A DNA stretch of 64,000 bases, taken from the NCBI GenBank assembly GCA_030390025.1, contig JASTWF010000048.1, positions 1,736,001 through 1,800,000 on the forward strand. The letters run 5' to 3'. Origin of the DNA: Squalus acanthias. Lineage: Eukaryota. Within the stretch, counting starts at the first letter, position 1, and each line of letters opens with the position of its first letter. Of this stretch, positions 51,398 to 62,795 are shown one piece after another. The notes beneath the pieces were generated by a model, which was not told where the DNA came from, made no database searches, and was given only the letters and a program-made list of their open reading frames with translations. Made by a program: the position numbers and the translations under genes.

Positions 51398-52949
51398 GTG
51401 TGGAGAACATCAATGCAAAATCAGTGTATGAAAACCCAAGTCTTTTTATTTGCTCTCAATTCTTTTTCCATTATTATTTCCTTCTTTTCTTTCTTTCTTT
51501 CCCTCGGTCTTTCATTTCTTCATTTCTTCCTGCTTCTTGTCTTTCTTTTCCCATTTGTTATTTCAATTTGTTTTGCTCAGAACCAGTTTCAAACACCCTT
51601 TAAACACAGTGCCCTCTGCTGACTGAAAGCGCTCAACACTTCACCACAGGTTGGGTTGATGTTGGACCCTATCTTTTATTTCTGAAGCCTACTTTTGCAC
51701 TTCCACACTACAACAACAACAACTTGTATATGTGTAGCGCCTTTAAAGTAGTCAAACGTCCCTCGGCGCTTCACAGGTGAGTTAGAAGAGAAAAATTCGA
51801 GGCTGAACCACAGAAGAAGAAATTAGGGCAGGTGACCAAAAGCTTGCTCAAAGAGGAGGGTTTTGGGAGCGTCTTAAACGAGGAGAGAGAGGTAGAGAGG
51901 CGGAGTGGAGTAGGGAGGGAATTCCACAGCTTAGGGCCCAGGCAACTGAAGGCACGGCCACCAATGGTTGAGCGATTATAATCAGGGATGCTCAAGAGGG
52001 CAGAATTAGAGGAGCGCAGATATCTCAGGGGGACTTGAGGCTGAATGAGGTTACAGAGATAGGGAGGGGCGAGGCCTTGGAGGGATTTGAACACAAGAAT
52101 GAGAATTATAATATCGAGCCTTTGATTAACCGGGAGCCAATGTTAGGACACGGGCAGCAGAGTTTTGGATGACCTCAAGTTTACGTTGGGTAGAACGTAG
52201 GATGCCAGCCTGAAGTGCTTTGGAATCGTCCAGTCAACAGGTAACACCGGCATGGATGAGGGTTTCAGCAGCAGATGAGTGGAGGCAAGGGCGGTTGACG
52301 GGCGATGTTACGGAGGTGAAATTAAGTGGTCTAAGTGATGGCACGGAAAAGTGCCCGGAAGCTCATTTCGGGGTAAAATATGACACCAAGGTTGCGAACA
52401 GTTGGTTCGGCATCAGACAGATGCTATGGAAGGGATGGAGTCATTGGCTAGGGAACAGAGTTTGTGGCGGGGACCAAAGACAATGGCTTCAGTCTTCCCA
52501 ATATTTAATTGGAGAAAATTTCATCTCATCCAGCACTGCAAAATGGAAATATCTTCTCTACCTCTGACCTATCGAACCCCTTTCAGAATGTTCGCCTATC
52601 CTACGTTGAATATAGAAGATTCAGTGCTGAACTGATTGAGTTTTGTAAATGTAAAAATCCGTTGATACGGTAGATAGAGAAAAATTATTTCCTCTGTTGG
52701 GGGAGACCAGAACAGGGGGGGCTTAACCTTAAAATAGGATTAGATCGTTCAGGCGTTGTGTCAAAAACTACCTCTTCACACAATGGTTTTGGAAATATGG
52801 AACCGTTGAAGCAGAGGGTCAATGGGAGCTTTCAAGACTGAGATTGCTGGATATTTGTAAGCTTATTAAGGAATATGAAGCAATTGCGATTAAATACAAT
52901 GAAGATACACGTCAACCATGATCTAATTGGCTGACGGAGCAGACATGAA

Positions 52950-53420
52950 AAGCTGAATGGCCTCCTCTTCTTCCTATGTAACAGGCTCGAGGGGCTGAAT
53001 GGCCTTCTCCTGTTCCTATGTAACAGGTTCGAACAACTACATGGCCTCCTCCTGTTCGTATATAACAAGTTCGAGTGGCTGAATGGGCCTCTTCCTGTTC
53101 CTGTGTAACAGGCTCGAGGGGCTGCATGGCTTCCTCCTGATCCTGTGTACCAGGCTCGAGGGGCTGAATGGCCTTCTCCTGTTCCTGTGTAAAAGACTCG
53201 AGGGGCTGAATGGCCTCCTCCTATTCCTGTGTAACAGACTCGAGGGGCTGAATGGCCTCCTCCTGATCCTCTGCAACAGGCTCGAGGGGCCGGATGGCCA
53301 CCTTCTGTTCGTATGTAACAGGCTCGAGTGGCTGAATGATCCTACTCCTGTACCTGTGTACACGGTCCTAAGGGGGCTTAATCGCCTTCTCCTGTTCCTA
53401 TGTAACAGGCTGACCTGGAC
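52950..53420 (+). repeat. 42-bp LINE-tail minisatellite
   Basis: About 11 tandem units. Confidence 0.9.
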
Positions 53421-53484
53421 TGGATGACCTCCATCTATTCCATATTAAATCATATTACAAGCAAACGTGGGTATCATGTCCCTA

Positions 53485-53502
53485 GAGCGCCCTCTGTAGT
53501 CT
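53485..53502 (-). promoter_or_regulatory. CTCF-like site (variant)
   Basis: AGACTACAGAGGGCGCTC. Confidence 0.5.
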
Positions 53503-53941
53503 CTGTGGAGAAAGAACACACAGTGTCACTGTGTAAAAGCCCGAAAGTCTTTTTACTTCATTTCCTTCATTTTTTCTTTCTTTCCTTGTTTCTTACATTT
53601 TTTCTTCCTGTCTTTCTTCCTTCATTTCTGTCTTTCTTCTTTCTTTCATCTTTCTTCTTTCTGTCTTTCTTTCTTTCCATCATCCTTTCTTTTCCGCATT
53701 GTTTCTCTCTTTGTATCGTTTCATCTTTCAATCTTCCATTCTTTCTTTTCAACTTTTCCAATGCCTTTTCTGTCTTTTTCTCATTTAATGCTAAGCCGTC
53801 ACTTCATCTTGTCAAAAACCCGTTCACTCTGCATAAAATAAACCGAACAGGACTCAGCGCAGCGCGGCTTTAACTCAAACAGGTGTTTCCTGCCGCCTTT
53901 GGGGTTTTTGTTGAGCTCCTCCATCTCTCTGAGTCACTGTG

Positions 53942-54451
53942 AAGACTCCAGGCGCAGTAATACACGTCCGAGTGATTCGCCTGCAGGCTGGAGGACTTCA
54001 GGTTGAACTCGTTGCCATTCGGTCGCTCGGCGGTGAAACCGTCCACCGTCCCCTCTGTAGTCACGCTTTGAACAACTAGGGAGTAAAACATCAACTGCGG
54101 CCCTTTCCGCGGGTCCTGTCTGTACCAGTACATGGAACCGCTATCGACACCCTCCACTTCGCACTTTAGTTCGACTCCCTCCCCAGTAAATTTGGAGACA
54201 GCGGCGGGAATCTGGCGGACAGTCTCTGAGTTCACGTCTGAGAAAGAGACAGGGAGAGGAGGAGATTAGTATCCAGGGGCATTCTGGGTTGTGGAGAAAC
54301 AAAGAAGTAAAGAACCAGAGAAAGAGAGAATGTAGGAAACAACGATGGAAAGAAAGAAAGGAAATAGTAAAGAAAGGTTATTGACAAAGATTACTGTGTG
54401 AACCAATCACTTACATTGAAATAAGATCATGAGACTCAGTAACAGATACAT
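53942..54451 (-). CDS. TRBV: Family 1 V, apparently functional
   Basis: Leader 54415-54451; V exon 53942-54237 open; consensus 23-RSS 53903-53941. Confidence 0.9.
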
Positions 54452-55626
54452 CTTTTACTTTAAGATTTACTTTTAAAAATAAAATCAGCGAAAACAAGAG
54501 CGTTGAGTCTTGTGAGGATCCAACACGCTCTTTTCAACTCTTTCAGGAAAACATGAAGAGTGTGAGGAAGGGACGCAGCCCCCCGCCCCTCTCTGACTGA
54601 CATCACCGCCCCTCCACGCCCACGCTGGCTCACAGCCCTGCCCCTCCCACGCTGATTGACAGTCCAGCCCCTCCCTCTCTGTTTGGCAGTAAGTAGAGCA
54701 GACGGGAGCAGGAAGTTGCAAGGTTGACCTAAACAGCTGAAGTCAATGAGAAAAAATCAACGACAGGCAGCGTTTAACGTGGAACGTGGGCAAGTATGAG
54801 GTCATCCACTGGGGGGCCTGAGGAAGAAACATCAGAGTGTTTTCTAACTGATGAGAAGCTGGAAACTGTCGAGGAGCAAAGAGATTTAGTTGGCCAGGTA
54901 CACAAATCACTAAAAGCCAGGGTAGAGGTGCAAAAAGGAATCAAACAGCTTAATGCAATGTTGCCCTTTATGTCAAGCAGGTTGTAATACAAAAGGGAGG
55001 AAGTTATGCTTCGGTTGTACAGAGCCCCGGTCAGACTCTGGAAGACTACTTTCAAGTCTGGGCATCGCACTTCTGGAAGGATACATTGACCTTGGAAGGA
55101 GTGCAACATAGATTCACCTGAACGATACCGGGGCTGAGAGGGTTAAATTACGGGGGCAGGTTGCATACACCAGGCTTGTATTTCCTTGAGTATAGAAGAT
55201 TGAGGGGTGAACTGATTTCGCTTTTCTTAATGTTGAATGGAGATTATAGGATAGAGAGATGGAGACTGATTCCTCTGGTGGGGGAGCCCAGAACAACGAG
55301 GCATAACTTTACAATTAGTGCTAGGGTTTCAGTGGTGAGATTAGGAAGCACTTCTTCACATAAAGTGTACTGGAAATCTTAACACTCTCCCACAAAAGGC
55401 TGTGGATGATAAGGTTCAATCGAAGATTTGAAGACTGAGATTAATAGATTTCAGACGGGTTGGGGTGTGGCGGGATATGGAGTAAAGGCAGGTAGGTGAA
55501 GTTAAGATACAGATCAGATATAATCTAGTTGAGTGGTGGAGCGGGCTCGAAGGGCTGAATGGTCTCCTCCTGTTCCTGCGTTCCTATTAAACCATCTTCC
55601 AGGCACTGGCGTGTTTCGTGATCCAA

Positions 55627-55644
55627 GAGCGCCCTCTACTGCCA
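55627..55644 (-). promoter_or_regulatory. CTCF-like site
   Basis: TGGCAGTAGAGGGCGCTC. Confidence 0.7.
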
Positions 55645-56894
55645 TTGTGGAGAACGTCAATGCAAACTCAGTGTATGAAAACCCAAGTCTTTTTATCTGC
55701 ACTCTTTTTATTTTTCCATTATTATTTCCTGCTTTTCTTTCTTTCTTTCCCTCGGTCTTTCATTTCTTCATTTTTTCCTGCTTCTTTTTTGCTGTCTTTT
55801 CCCATTTGTTATTTGAATTTGTTTTGCTCAGAACCAATTTCAAACACCCTTTAAACCCAGTGCCCTCTGCTGACTGAATGTGCTCAACACTTCACCACAG
55901 GTTGGGTTGATGTTGGACACTATCTTTTATTTATGAAGCTACTTTTGCACTTCCACACAACAACAACAACAACTTGTATATGTATAGTGCCTTTAACGTC
56001 GTCAAACATTCCTCGGCGCTTAACAGGAGAGTTAGAAGAGAAAAATTCGAGGCTGAGCCACAGAAGATGAAATTAGGGCAGGTGACCAAAAGCTTGGTCA
56101 ACGGGGAGGGCTTTAGGGAGCGTCTTAAACGAGGAGATAGAGGTAGAGAGGCGGAGTGGAGTAGGGAGGGAATTCCAGAACTTAGGGCCTAGGCAACTGA
56201 AGGCACGAACACCGATGGTTGAGCGATTATAAACAGGGATGGTCAAGAGGGCAGAATTAGAGGAGTGCAGATATCACAGGGGGATTTGAGACTGAATGAG
56301 ATTACAGAGATAGGGAGGGGCGAGGCCATGGAGGGTTTTGAACACAAGAATGAGAATTATAAAATCGAGCCTTTGCTTAACCGGGAGCCAATGTTAGGAC
56401 AAGGGCAGCAGAGTATTGGATGACCTCAAGTTTACGTTAGGTAGAACGTGGGATGCCAGCCAGGAGTGCGTTGGAATCGTCCAGTCAACAGGTAACACCG
56501 GCATGGATGAGGGTTTCAGCAGCAGATGAGCTGAGGCAGGGGTGGAGACGGACGATGTTACAGAGGTGAAAATAAGTGGTCTTAGTGATGGCACGGATAA
56601 GTGCCTGGAAGCTCATTTCGGGGTAAAATATGACACCAAGGTTGCGAACAGTCTGGTTCGGCCTCAGACAGTTGCTATGGAAGGGATGGAGTCATTGGCT
56701 AGGGAACAGAGTTTGTGACGGGTACCAAAGTCAATGGCTTCAGTCTTGCCTATATTTATTTGGAGAAAAGTTCTGCTCATCCAGCACTGCAAAGTGGAAA
56801 TATCTTCTCTACCTCTAACCTCTCGAACCCCTTTTATAATTTAAAAGACCTCTAACAGGTCACTGCTCAGTCTTCTCCTTTCTAGAGAAAGGGG

Positions 56895-57100
56895 CCTCCC
56901 CCAGGTATTGTCGGTACCACAATATGTTAGGGTTACTGATAGTTTTCACAGTGCACTACAATTCCACATGATCCCGGGATAGTTTGGAGACAGCGCCGTG
57001 AATCTGGCGAATACTCTGCGAGTTCACGTCTGAGAAAGTGACGGGGAGAAGAAGAGGTCACTAAAAAGGGACATCCGGGAAATGGGGAATGAGAGATAGC

Positions 57101-57184
<84 letters not shown>

Positions 57185-57262
57185 GAGGTTGTTAACAATA
57201 ATTATTTTTTGAAAAAATCCCTGACGGTAAAACAAGATCATCAGACCCAGTAATAGATTCAT
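56895..57262 (-). pseudogene. TRBV: 3'-truncated family 1 V pseudogene (paralog of 3453-3777)
   Basis: Leader 57226-57262; V exon from 57029 with TAG before first Cys; truncated in FR2 at the same point as the 3.5-kb copy; no RSS. Confidence 0.85.
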
Positions 57263-58161
57263 CTTTTATTTAAAGCTTTGCATTTAATAACGGACGTGGC
57301 GAGGACAGGAGCTCTGTGTCTTGTGAGGAGCCAACCCGCGCTTGTCAAAGCATTGAGGAAAGCATGAAGAATATAAGGAAGCAATAGAGGGCAGGACACG
57401 CCCCCTTTCTCCAGTTCAACCAATCGGAATCGACGTGTTTGCCAATGTCTATCTCATTCTATCGCGCGCCCTTATCCTCTCTCTCTGTCTCGCTCTGTCC
57501 CCTTTCCTCTCCTTCTCTGTCCATCTGTCTCTCACTCTCTGGGTATCTCTCTATATCTGACTGTATGTGTGTCTCTCTGTATGGCTCTCTTTGTCTGCAT
57601 GGGTGTCTCTCTATCTGTCTGTCTGGCTGTGTATGTGTATGTCTCTCTCTGTCTCTCTCTTTCTCACTGTCACTCTCTCTCCCTCTGTCTTACCCTATCT
57701 CTCTATCTGTCTCCCTCGCTCATTCTCTATGTCTCTCTCTCTCTATTAAAAACACAGCTTTTAATTGTAAACGTGCGCTGACCAGAGCTGATCTCCAGAC
57801 ACAGACAGTGGAGCAGGAGTGAGAGATACGGGGTCCAATAGCCCCACACTACCAGTCCCCTCCGCTCCGTCTGATTTTTCCACAAATGCACGGATGGGTT
57901 ACTTGTTGAAGGGTGGGGATGACGTATGACTTCAGACGACACGCCTCACCTTCTGCTCCCCAATCATTTAATGAGCAGAGGGGAGAGGAGGGGGCGGGTG
58001 GAGTAGGAGAGTGGCAAGGAGGGGATGGGAAGGAGTGAATGAGAAAGGGAGCACTGAACTTCCATCTAGTGCTGTCATCTCGTGGCGGTAATGCAGAACT
58101 GAACTCCCATTCATCCGGTCCAGGTTTTTGCAGCTGGGGAGCCGCTTTCTCAAACGCTTTG

Positions 58162-59083
58162 CGGTACTACAAGCACAGTAATAGACAGCGGTGTGAGACG
58201 GAGAGGCGGCGCTCAGTTCCAAAGTAAACAGCGTATCGCTGCTTCTTTCGGCCTTAAAAGACTCGGTCGTGTATTTCGTAACAGCACCTGCTCCAACAGA
58301 ATAGAAAAGAGCTTCTAATGCCCGGTCGGGTTGTTGTCTGTACCAGTACATTTGGGGATAAGCAGTATTCGTCAGCGTGCATCTGAGCGTGGTCGACTCT
58401 CCTGCTCCAATCGATAGGACAGAAGGCGACAGCTCCACGTACGAGGCGAGTATTCCTGTCGAATGCAACATCGATTAGATTTTTATTTTTGTTAAAAATT
58501 GATTAGAGCGCTGACTGCATAGAAAAAGAACTTCCATTTAACAAAGCGCATTCACAACCTCAGAAAGTCACAAAGCTCTTTACAACCAATGAATTACTGA
58601 TTAAGGTGTATCATTGATCTAATGTAGGAAAGGAGACAGCCAATTTCAGCACAGCAAGCTACCTCATACTGCATTGAAATAAATGACCAGTACATCTGTT
58701 TTTTTGGTGTTTGTTGTGGGATTAATGTTGGCCCAGGACACTGGCGACAACTTCGCTGCTCTTCTTCCAATAGTGCCATGGGATCATTTACGTCCACCTG
58801 AGAGGGCAGCTCGGTTTAACTCCTTACCTGAAAGATGGCACCACCGAAAGTGCAGCACTCCCTCAGTGCTGGTCTCGGGAGTGTCAGCATAGATTTTGTG
58901 CTCAAGTCTCAGGAGTAAGACTCGAACCCAAAACCACTGATTCAGAGGCAAGATTTCTACCAGCTGTACAAGAGCTGACATTATAATGCATCATTCCCCA
59001 AAGGCTTCTGCATGAGTTTGTTACTTTCACTTACGTGGGATCAGTGCCACCGTCAATGTGAGATAATGACTTTCTTGAAACAT
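58162..59083 (-). CDS. TRBV: Family 2 V (TRBV6-like), open ORF but non-canonical heptamer
   Basis: Leader 59035-59083; V exon 58162-58455 open; RSS CAAAGCG 58155-58161, 23 bp, GCAAAAACC 58123-58131. Confidence 0.85.
58530..58980 (-). mobile_element. tRNA-derived SINE in the second family 2 V intron
   Basis: Same position and sequence as 5185-5635. Confidence 0.7.
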
Positions 59084-59194
59084 GTTTTATTCATTCGACA
59101 CTGGCTCGCTGTGTGATCGACTGTAGCTCAATACCATGTTTAAAGGCAGTTTGTCTGTTGGATCTGATTAAACAGGAAAGATCCGGTTGTAAAT

Positions 59195-59216
59195 GTCACT
59201 CTTACGTCACTTCCTG
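59195..59216 (-). promoter_or_regulatory. ETS/CRE composite in second family 2 promoter
   Basis: Identical to 5849-5870. Confidence 0.65.
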
Positions 59217-59789
59217 CGTAACCAACGCTCAAACCCATTCCTTCGCTCGTTCCGGAACTTCACAGATCCGTACAGCACTGAAGGTAAAGGAGAGAACTGA
59301 TAGAGCTGTTCTAAAATACGAATGGTCTTGATAGAGTTGATAGGGAGAAAGTATATCCAATGGCAGGAGAGTCCTTAAACACAGGGCACAGATTTAAGAT
59401 AATTGGCAATGGAACCAGTGGGGATATGAAGTGACATCGATTTTAATGCGCAGAGAGTTGTTATGATCTGGAATGCAGTGCCTGAAATGGCGGATGAAGT
59501 AGATTCAATAATAACTTTGAAAAGGGAATTGGATATAAACTCGTTAAGGAAAAATAAAGGGTGTTGGGTAAAGAGCAGGGGAGTGGGACTTAAAGGATTA
59601 GAGGGTCCAAAACTAGGGGCGTTATAAGATATACACTAATCAATCCAATAGGGAATTCAGGAATAAATCTTTACTCAAAGTGTGGTGAGAATGTGGGACA
59701 TGGTACCACGTGTAGTGTTGGGCCAAATAGCATCGTTGCATTTAAGGGGAAGCTAGAAATGTACATGAGAGAGAAAGGATTAGAAGGAT

Positions 59790-61192
59790 AAGTAAAAAAA
59801 AAAGACAACAAAAAATAACAAAAAGATTATTAAGAAAGGGAAAATAGATTATGAAAGTAAATTAGCAAAAAATATAAAAACAGATAGTAAGAGTTTGTAT
59901 AGTTATATAAAAAGAAAAATGGTGGCTAAAGTAAATGTTGGTCCCTTAGAGGATGAGACCGGGAAATTAATGGTGGGAAATATGGAGATGGAAAATACAC
60001 TGAATGAATATTTTGTATCAGTCTTTACAGTAGAGAACACTAAGAATATACCAACACTGGACAAACAGGGGGCTATGGGGGGGAGGAGCTAAACATGATC
60101 AAAATAACCAAGGAAGTGGTACTCGGTAAAATAATGGGACTCAAGGCGGGTAAATCACCTGGATCTGATGGCTTACATCCTAGGGTCTTGAGGGAAGTGA
60201 CGGTACGGATTGTGGATGCATTGGTAATCATTTTCCAAAACTCCCTGGACTCAGCAAAGATCCCAGCAGACTGGAAAACTGCTAATGTAACACCCTTATT
60301 TAAAAAGGGCAGTAGACAGAAGGCTGGAAACTATAGACCGGTCCTGGTGCACGAAACTCAAAATGTTAGTATGCAGGTGCAGCAACTGATTAAGAAGGCC
60401 AATGGAATGTTGGCTTTCATTGCTAGGGGGATGGAATATAAAAATAGGGAGGTATTGCTTCAGTTGTACAAGGTATTGGTGGGACCGCACCTGGAATACT
60501 GCATACAGTTTTGGTGTCCATACTTAAGAAAAGACATACTTGCTCTCGAGTCAGTACAAAGAAAGTTTACTCGGTTAATCCCGGGGATGAGGGGATGGAC
60601 ATATGAGGAGAGGTTGGGTAGATTGGGACTCTACTCATTGGAGTTCAGAAGAATGGGAGACGATCTTATTGAAATATATAAGATTGTGAAGGGGTTGGAT
60701 CGGGTGGATGCGGGGAGGATGTTCCCGATGATGGGTGAAACTAGAACTAGGGGGCATAGTCTTACAATAAGGGGCTGCTCTTTCAAAACTGATATGAGAA
60801 GGAACTACTTCACTCAGAGGGTGGTAGGTCCATGGAATATGCTGCCCCAAAAAGCTGTAGAAGCGACATCATTACATAAATTCAAAACAGAAATAGACAG
60901 TTTCCCAGAAGTAAAGGGAATTAAGGGTTACGGGGAGCGGGCAGGAATTTGGACATGAGTCTAGGTTCGGATCGGTCATGGCCCTGTGGGTAGCGTAGCG
61001 GGCCCAGGGGTCGTGTCGTCTGATCCTGCTCCTATTTCGTGTGTCCAATTCTGTTAGGTTCAGGAGATGGTTCTGTGATAGTAGATTGGCGGTTAGGATC
61101 AGATCAGACATGATCTTATTGAATGGCGGACCAGGCTCGAGGGGTCAATTGGCCTACTCCTGCTCCTATTTCTTATGTTCTTATGTTCTTAT
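59790..61192 (+). mobile_element. CR1-like LINE with internal deletion of the RT core
   Basis: ORF 60095-60958 jumps from NYRPV to LVHETQNV; (TTCTTATG)n tail at about 61170-61192. Confidence 0.88.
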
Positions 61193-61195
61193 ACA

Positions 61196-61330
61196 TCTCT
61201 TCACTTCACCTGACGAAGGAGCAGCGCTCCGAAAGCATGTGAATTCAAATAAAAATGTTTGACTATAACCTGGTGTTGTGCGACTTCTCACATTTGTCCA
61301 CCCCAGTCCAACACCGGCATCTCCACATCA
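61196..61330 (+). mobile_element. Possible Penelope-like element terminal fragment with hammerhead-like core
   Basis: CTGACGA-A-GGAGC-AGC-GCTCC-GAAA at 61210-61234 followed by AATAAA. Confidence 0.45.
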
Positions 61331-61334
61331 TATA

Positions 61335-61895
61335 AATTTACAGCACAGAAGGTGGCAACCTGGCACATCTTGTGCGTGCCGGCCGACGAAGAGCTATCCA
61401 CCCAAATGCCACTTTCCAGCACTTGGTCCACAGCCTTGTAGGTTACGGCACTTCAAGTGCATATCCAAGTACTTTTCAAATGTGACGATGGTTTTTGCAT
61501 CTACCACCCTTTCAGGCAGTGAGTTCCAGAACTTCACCACCCTCTGGGTGAAAATAAATTCTCCTCAAATCCCCTCTAAAACCTGCTACCAATTACTTTA
61601 AATCTATGTCCCCTTGTTATCGGCCCTTCTGCTAATGGAAACAGGTCCTCCCTATCCACTCTATCTCGGCGCCTCATAATTTTATACACCTCAATTAGGA
61701 CTCCCCTCAGCCTCCTCTTTCCCAAAGAAAACAATCCCAGCCTATCCAATGATTCCTCATAACTAAAATTCCCCAGCCACATCCTCGTAAATATCCTCTG
61801 CACACTCTCTAGTGCAATCACATCCTTCCTGTAATGTGCTGACCAGCACTGCACGCAGGATCTAGCTACGGCCTAACTAGTGTTTTATAAAGTTC
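61335..61895 (-). mobile_element. Antisense CR1-like 3' fragment
   Basis: YRKDVIALESVQRIFTRM..RRLRGVLIEVYKIM. Confidence 0.85.
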
Positions 61896-62064
61896 AGGTG
61901 GCCAAAAGTTTGATGAAAGAGGTACGTTATAAGAAGGAGAGAAGGTGGGATTCGTTGAAAGCGGGAATTCCAGATCTCAGGGATTATCCAGCTGAAAGCA
62001 CAGCCGCCAATGGTAGTTAACATCTGTATCACAAAATGCAAATTTGACTGGTGCAAGTTGTATG

Positions 62065-62680
62065 ACTCGTCGCTCATTTGGTAGCTCTCACGACTCTGAG
62101 TCAGAGGGTCGTGGGTTCAGGGCCCGCTCTAGGCACATAAGAACAAATATCTAGGCTGACACTCCTAGTGAGGTATTCAGGGGGCGCTACACTGTCGGAG
62201 GGGCAGTACTTCGGGAGCACTACACTGTCTGAGGGACTGTACTGATGGAGCGCTGCATTGTGGGAGGGGGCGTACTGAGAGAGTGCTGCACTGTTGGAGG
62301 GGCGATTCAGAGGGAGCGCTGCACTGTCGTAGGGGCAGTACTGAGGGAGCTCCGCACTGTCGGATGGGTAGTACTGAGGGAGGGCTGCACTGTCGAAGGG
62401 TCATTATTGAGCGAAAGCTGCACTGTGGGAGGGGCAGTACTGTGGGAGCGCTGCACTGTCGGAGGCGCAGTTTTGGTCAACATTTATCGCTCAACCAATA
62501 TCACTAAAACACTTTATCTGGTCTTTATCACATTGCTGTTTGTTGCAGGTGCTGTGCAAAGATTGGTTGCCGTCTTTTAAACAATACAACGGTGAGCAGA
62601 CTTCAAAGAACGTACTTCGATGGATGATATGTGTTTTGGGACGTCCTGAAGTCGTGAAAGACGCCGTAGAGATGCAAATT
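62065..62680 (+). mobile_element. tRNA-derived SINE with internal 33-bp tandem expansion
   Basis: A/B boxes at about 62072-62120; tandem gtactgagggagcgctgcactgtcggaggggca units at 62170-62470; L2-like tail. Confidence 0.75.
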
Positions 62681-62795
62681 AGTTCGCTCCTTTAGTGAGC
62701 TGCCTAGAGGGTGCTGGATCACAGCTGGCGATAAGCGCACGTTGAGAGGGTGTCAAGGTTTTTGTATCAGTCTGCGGCAAGTTTGTGTCGCTGTG

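Noticed and set aside
62699-62717. Opposite-strand CTCF-like motif near the family 3 RSS (and another near 63517-63535)
   Set aside because: Mismatches at high-information positions; not supportable without a PWM score
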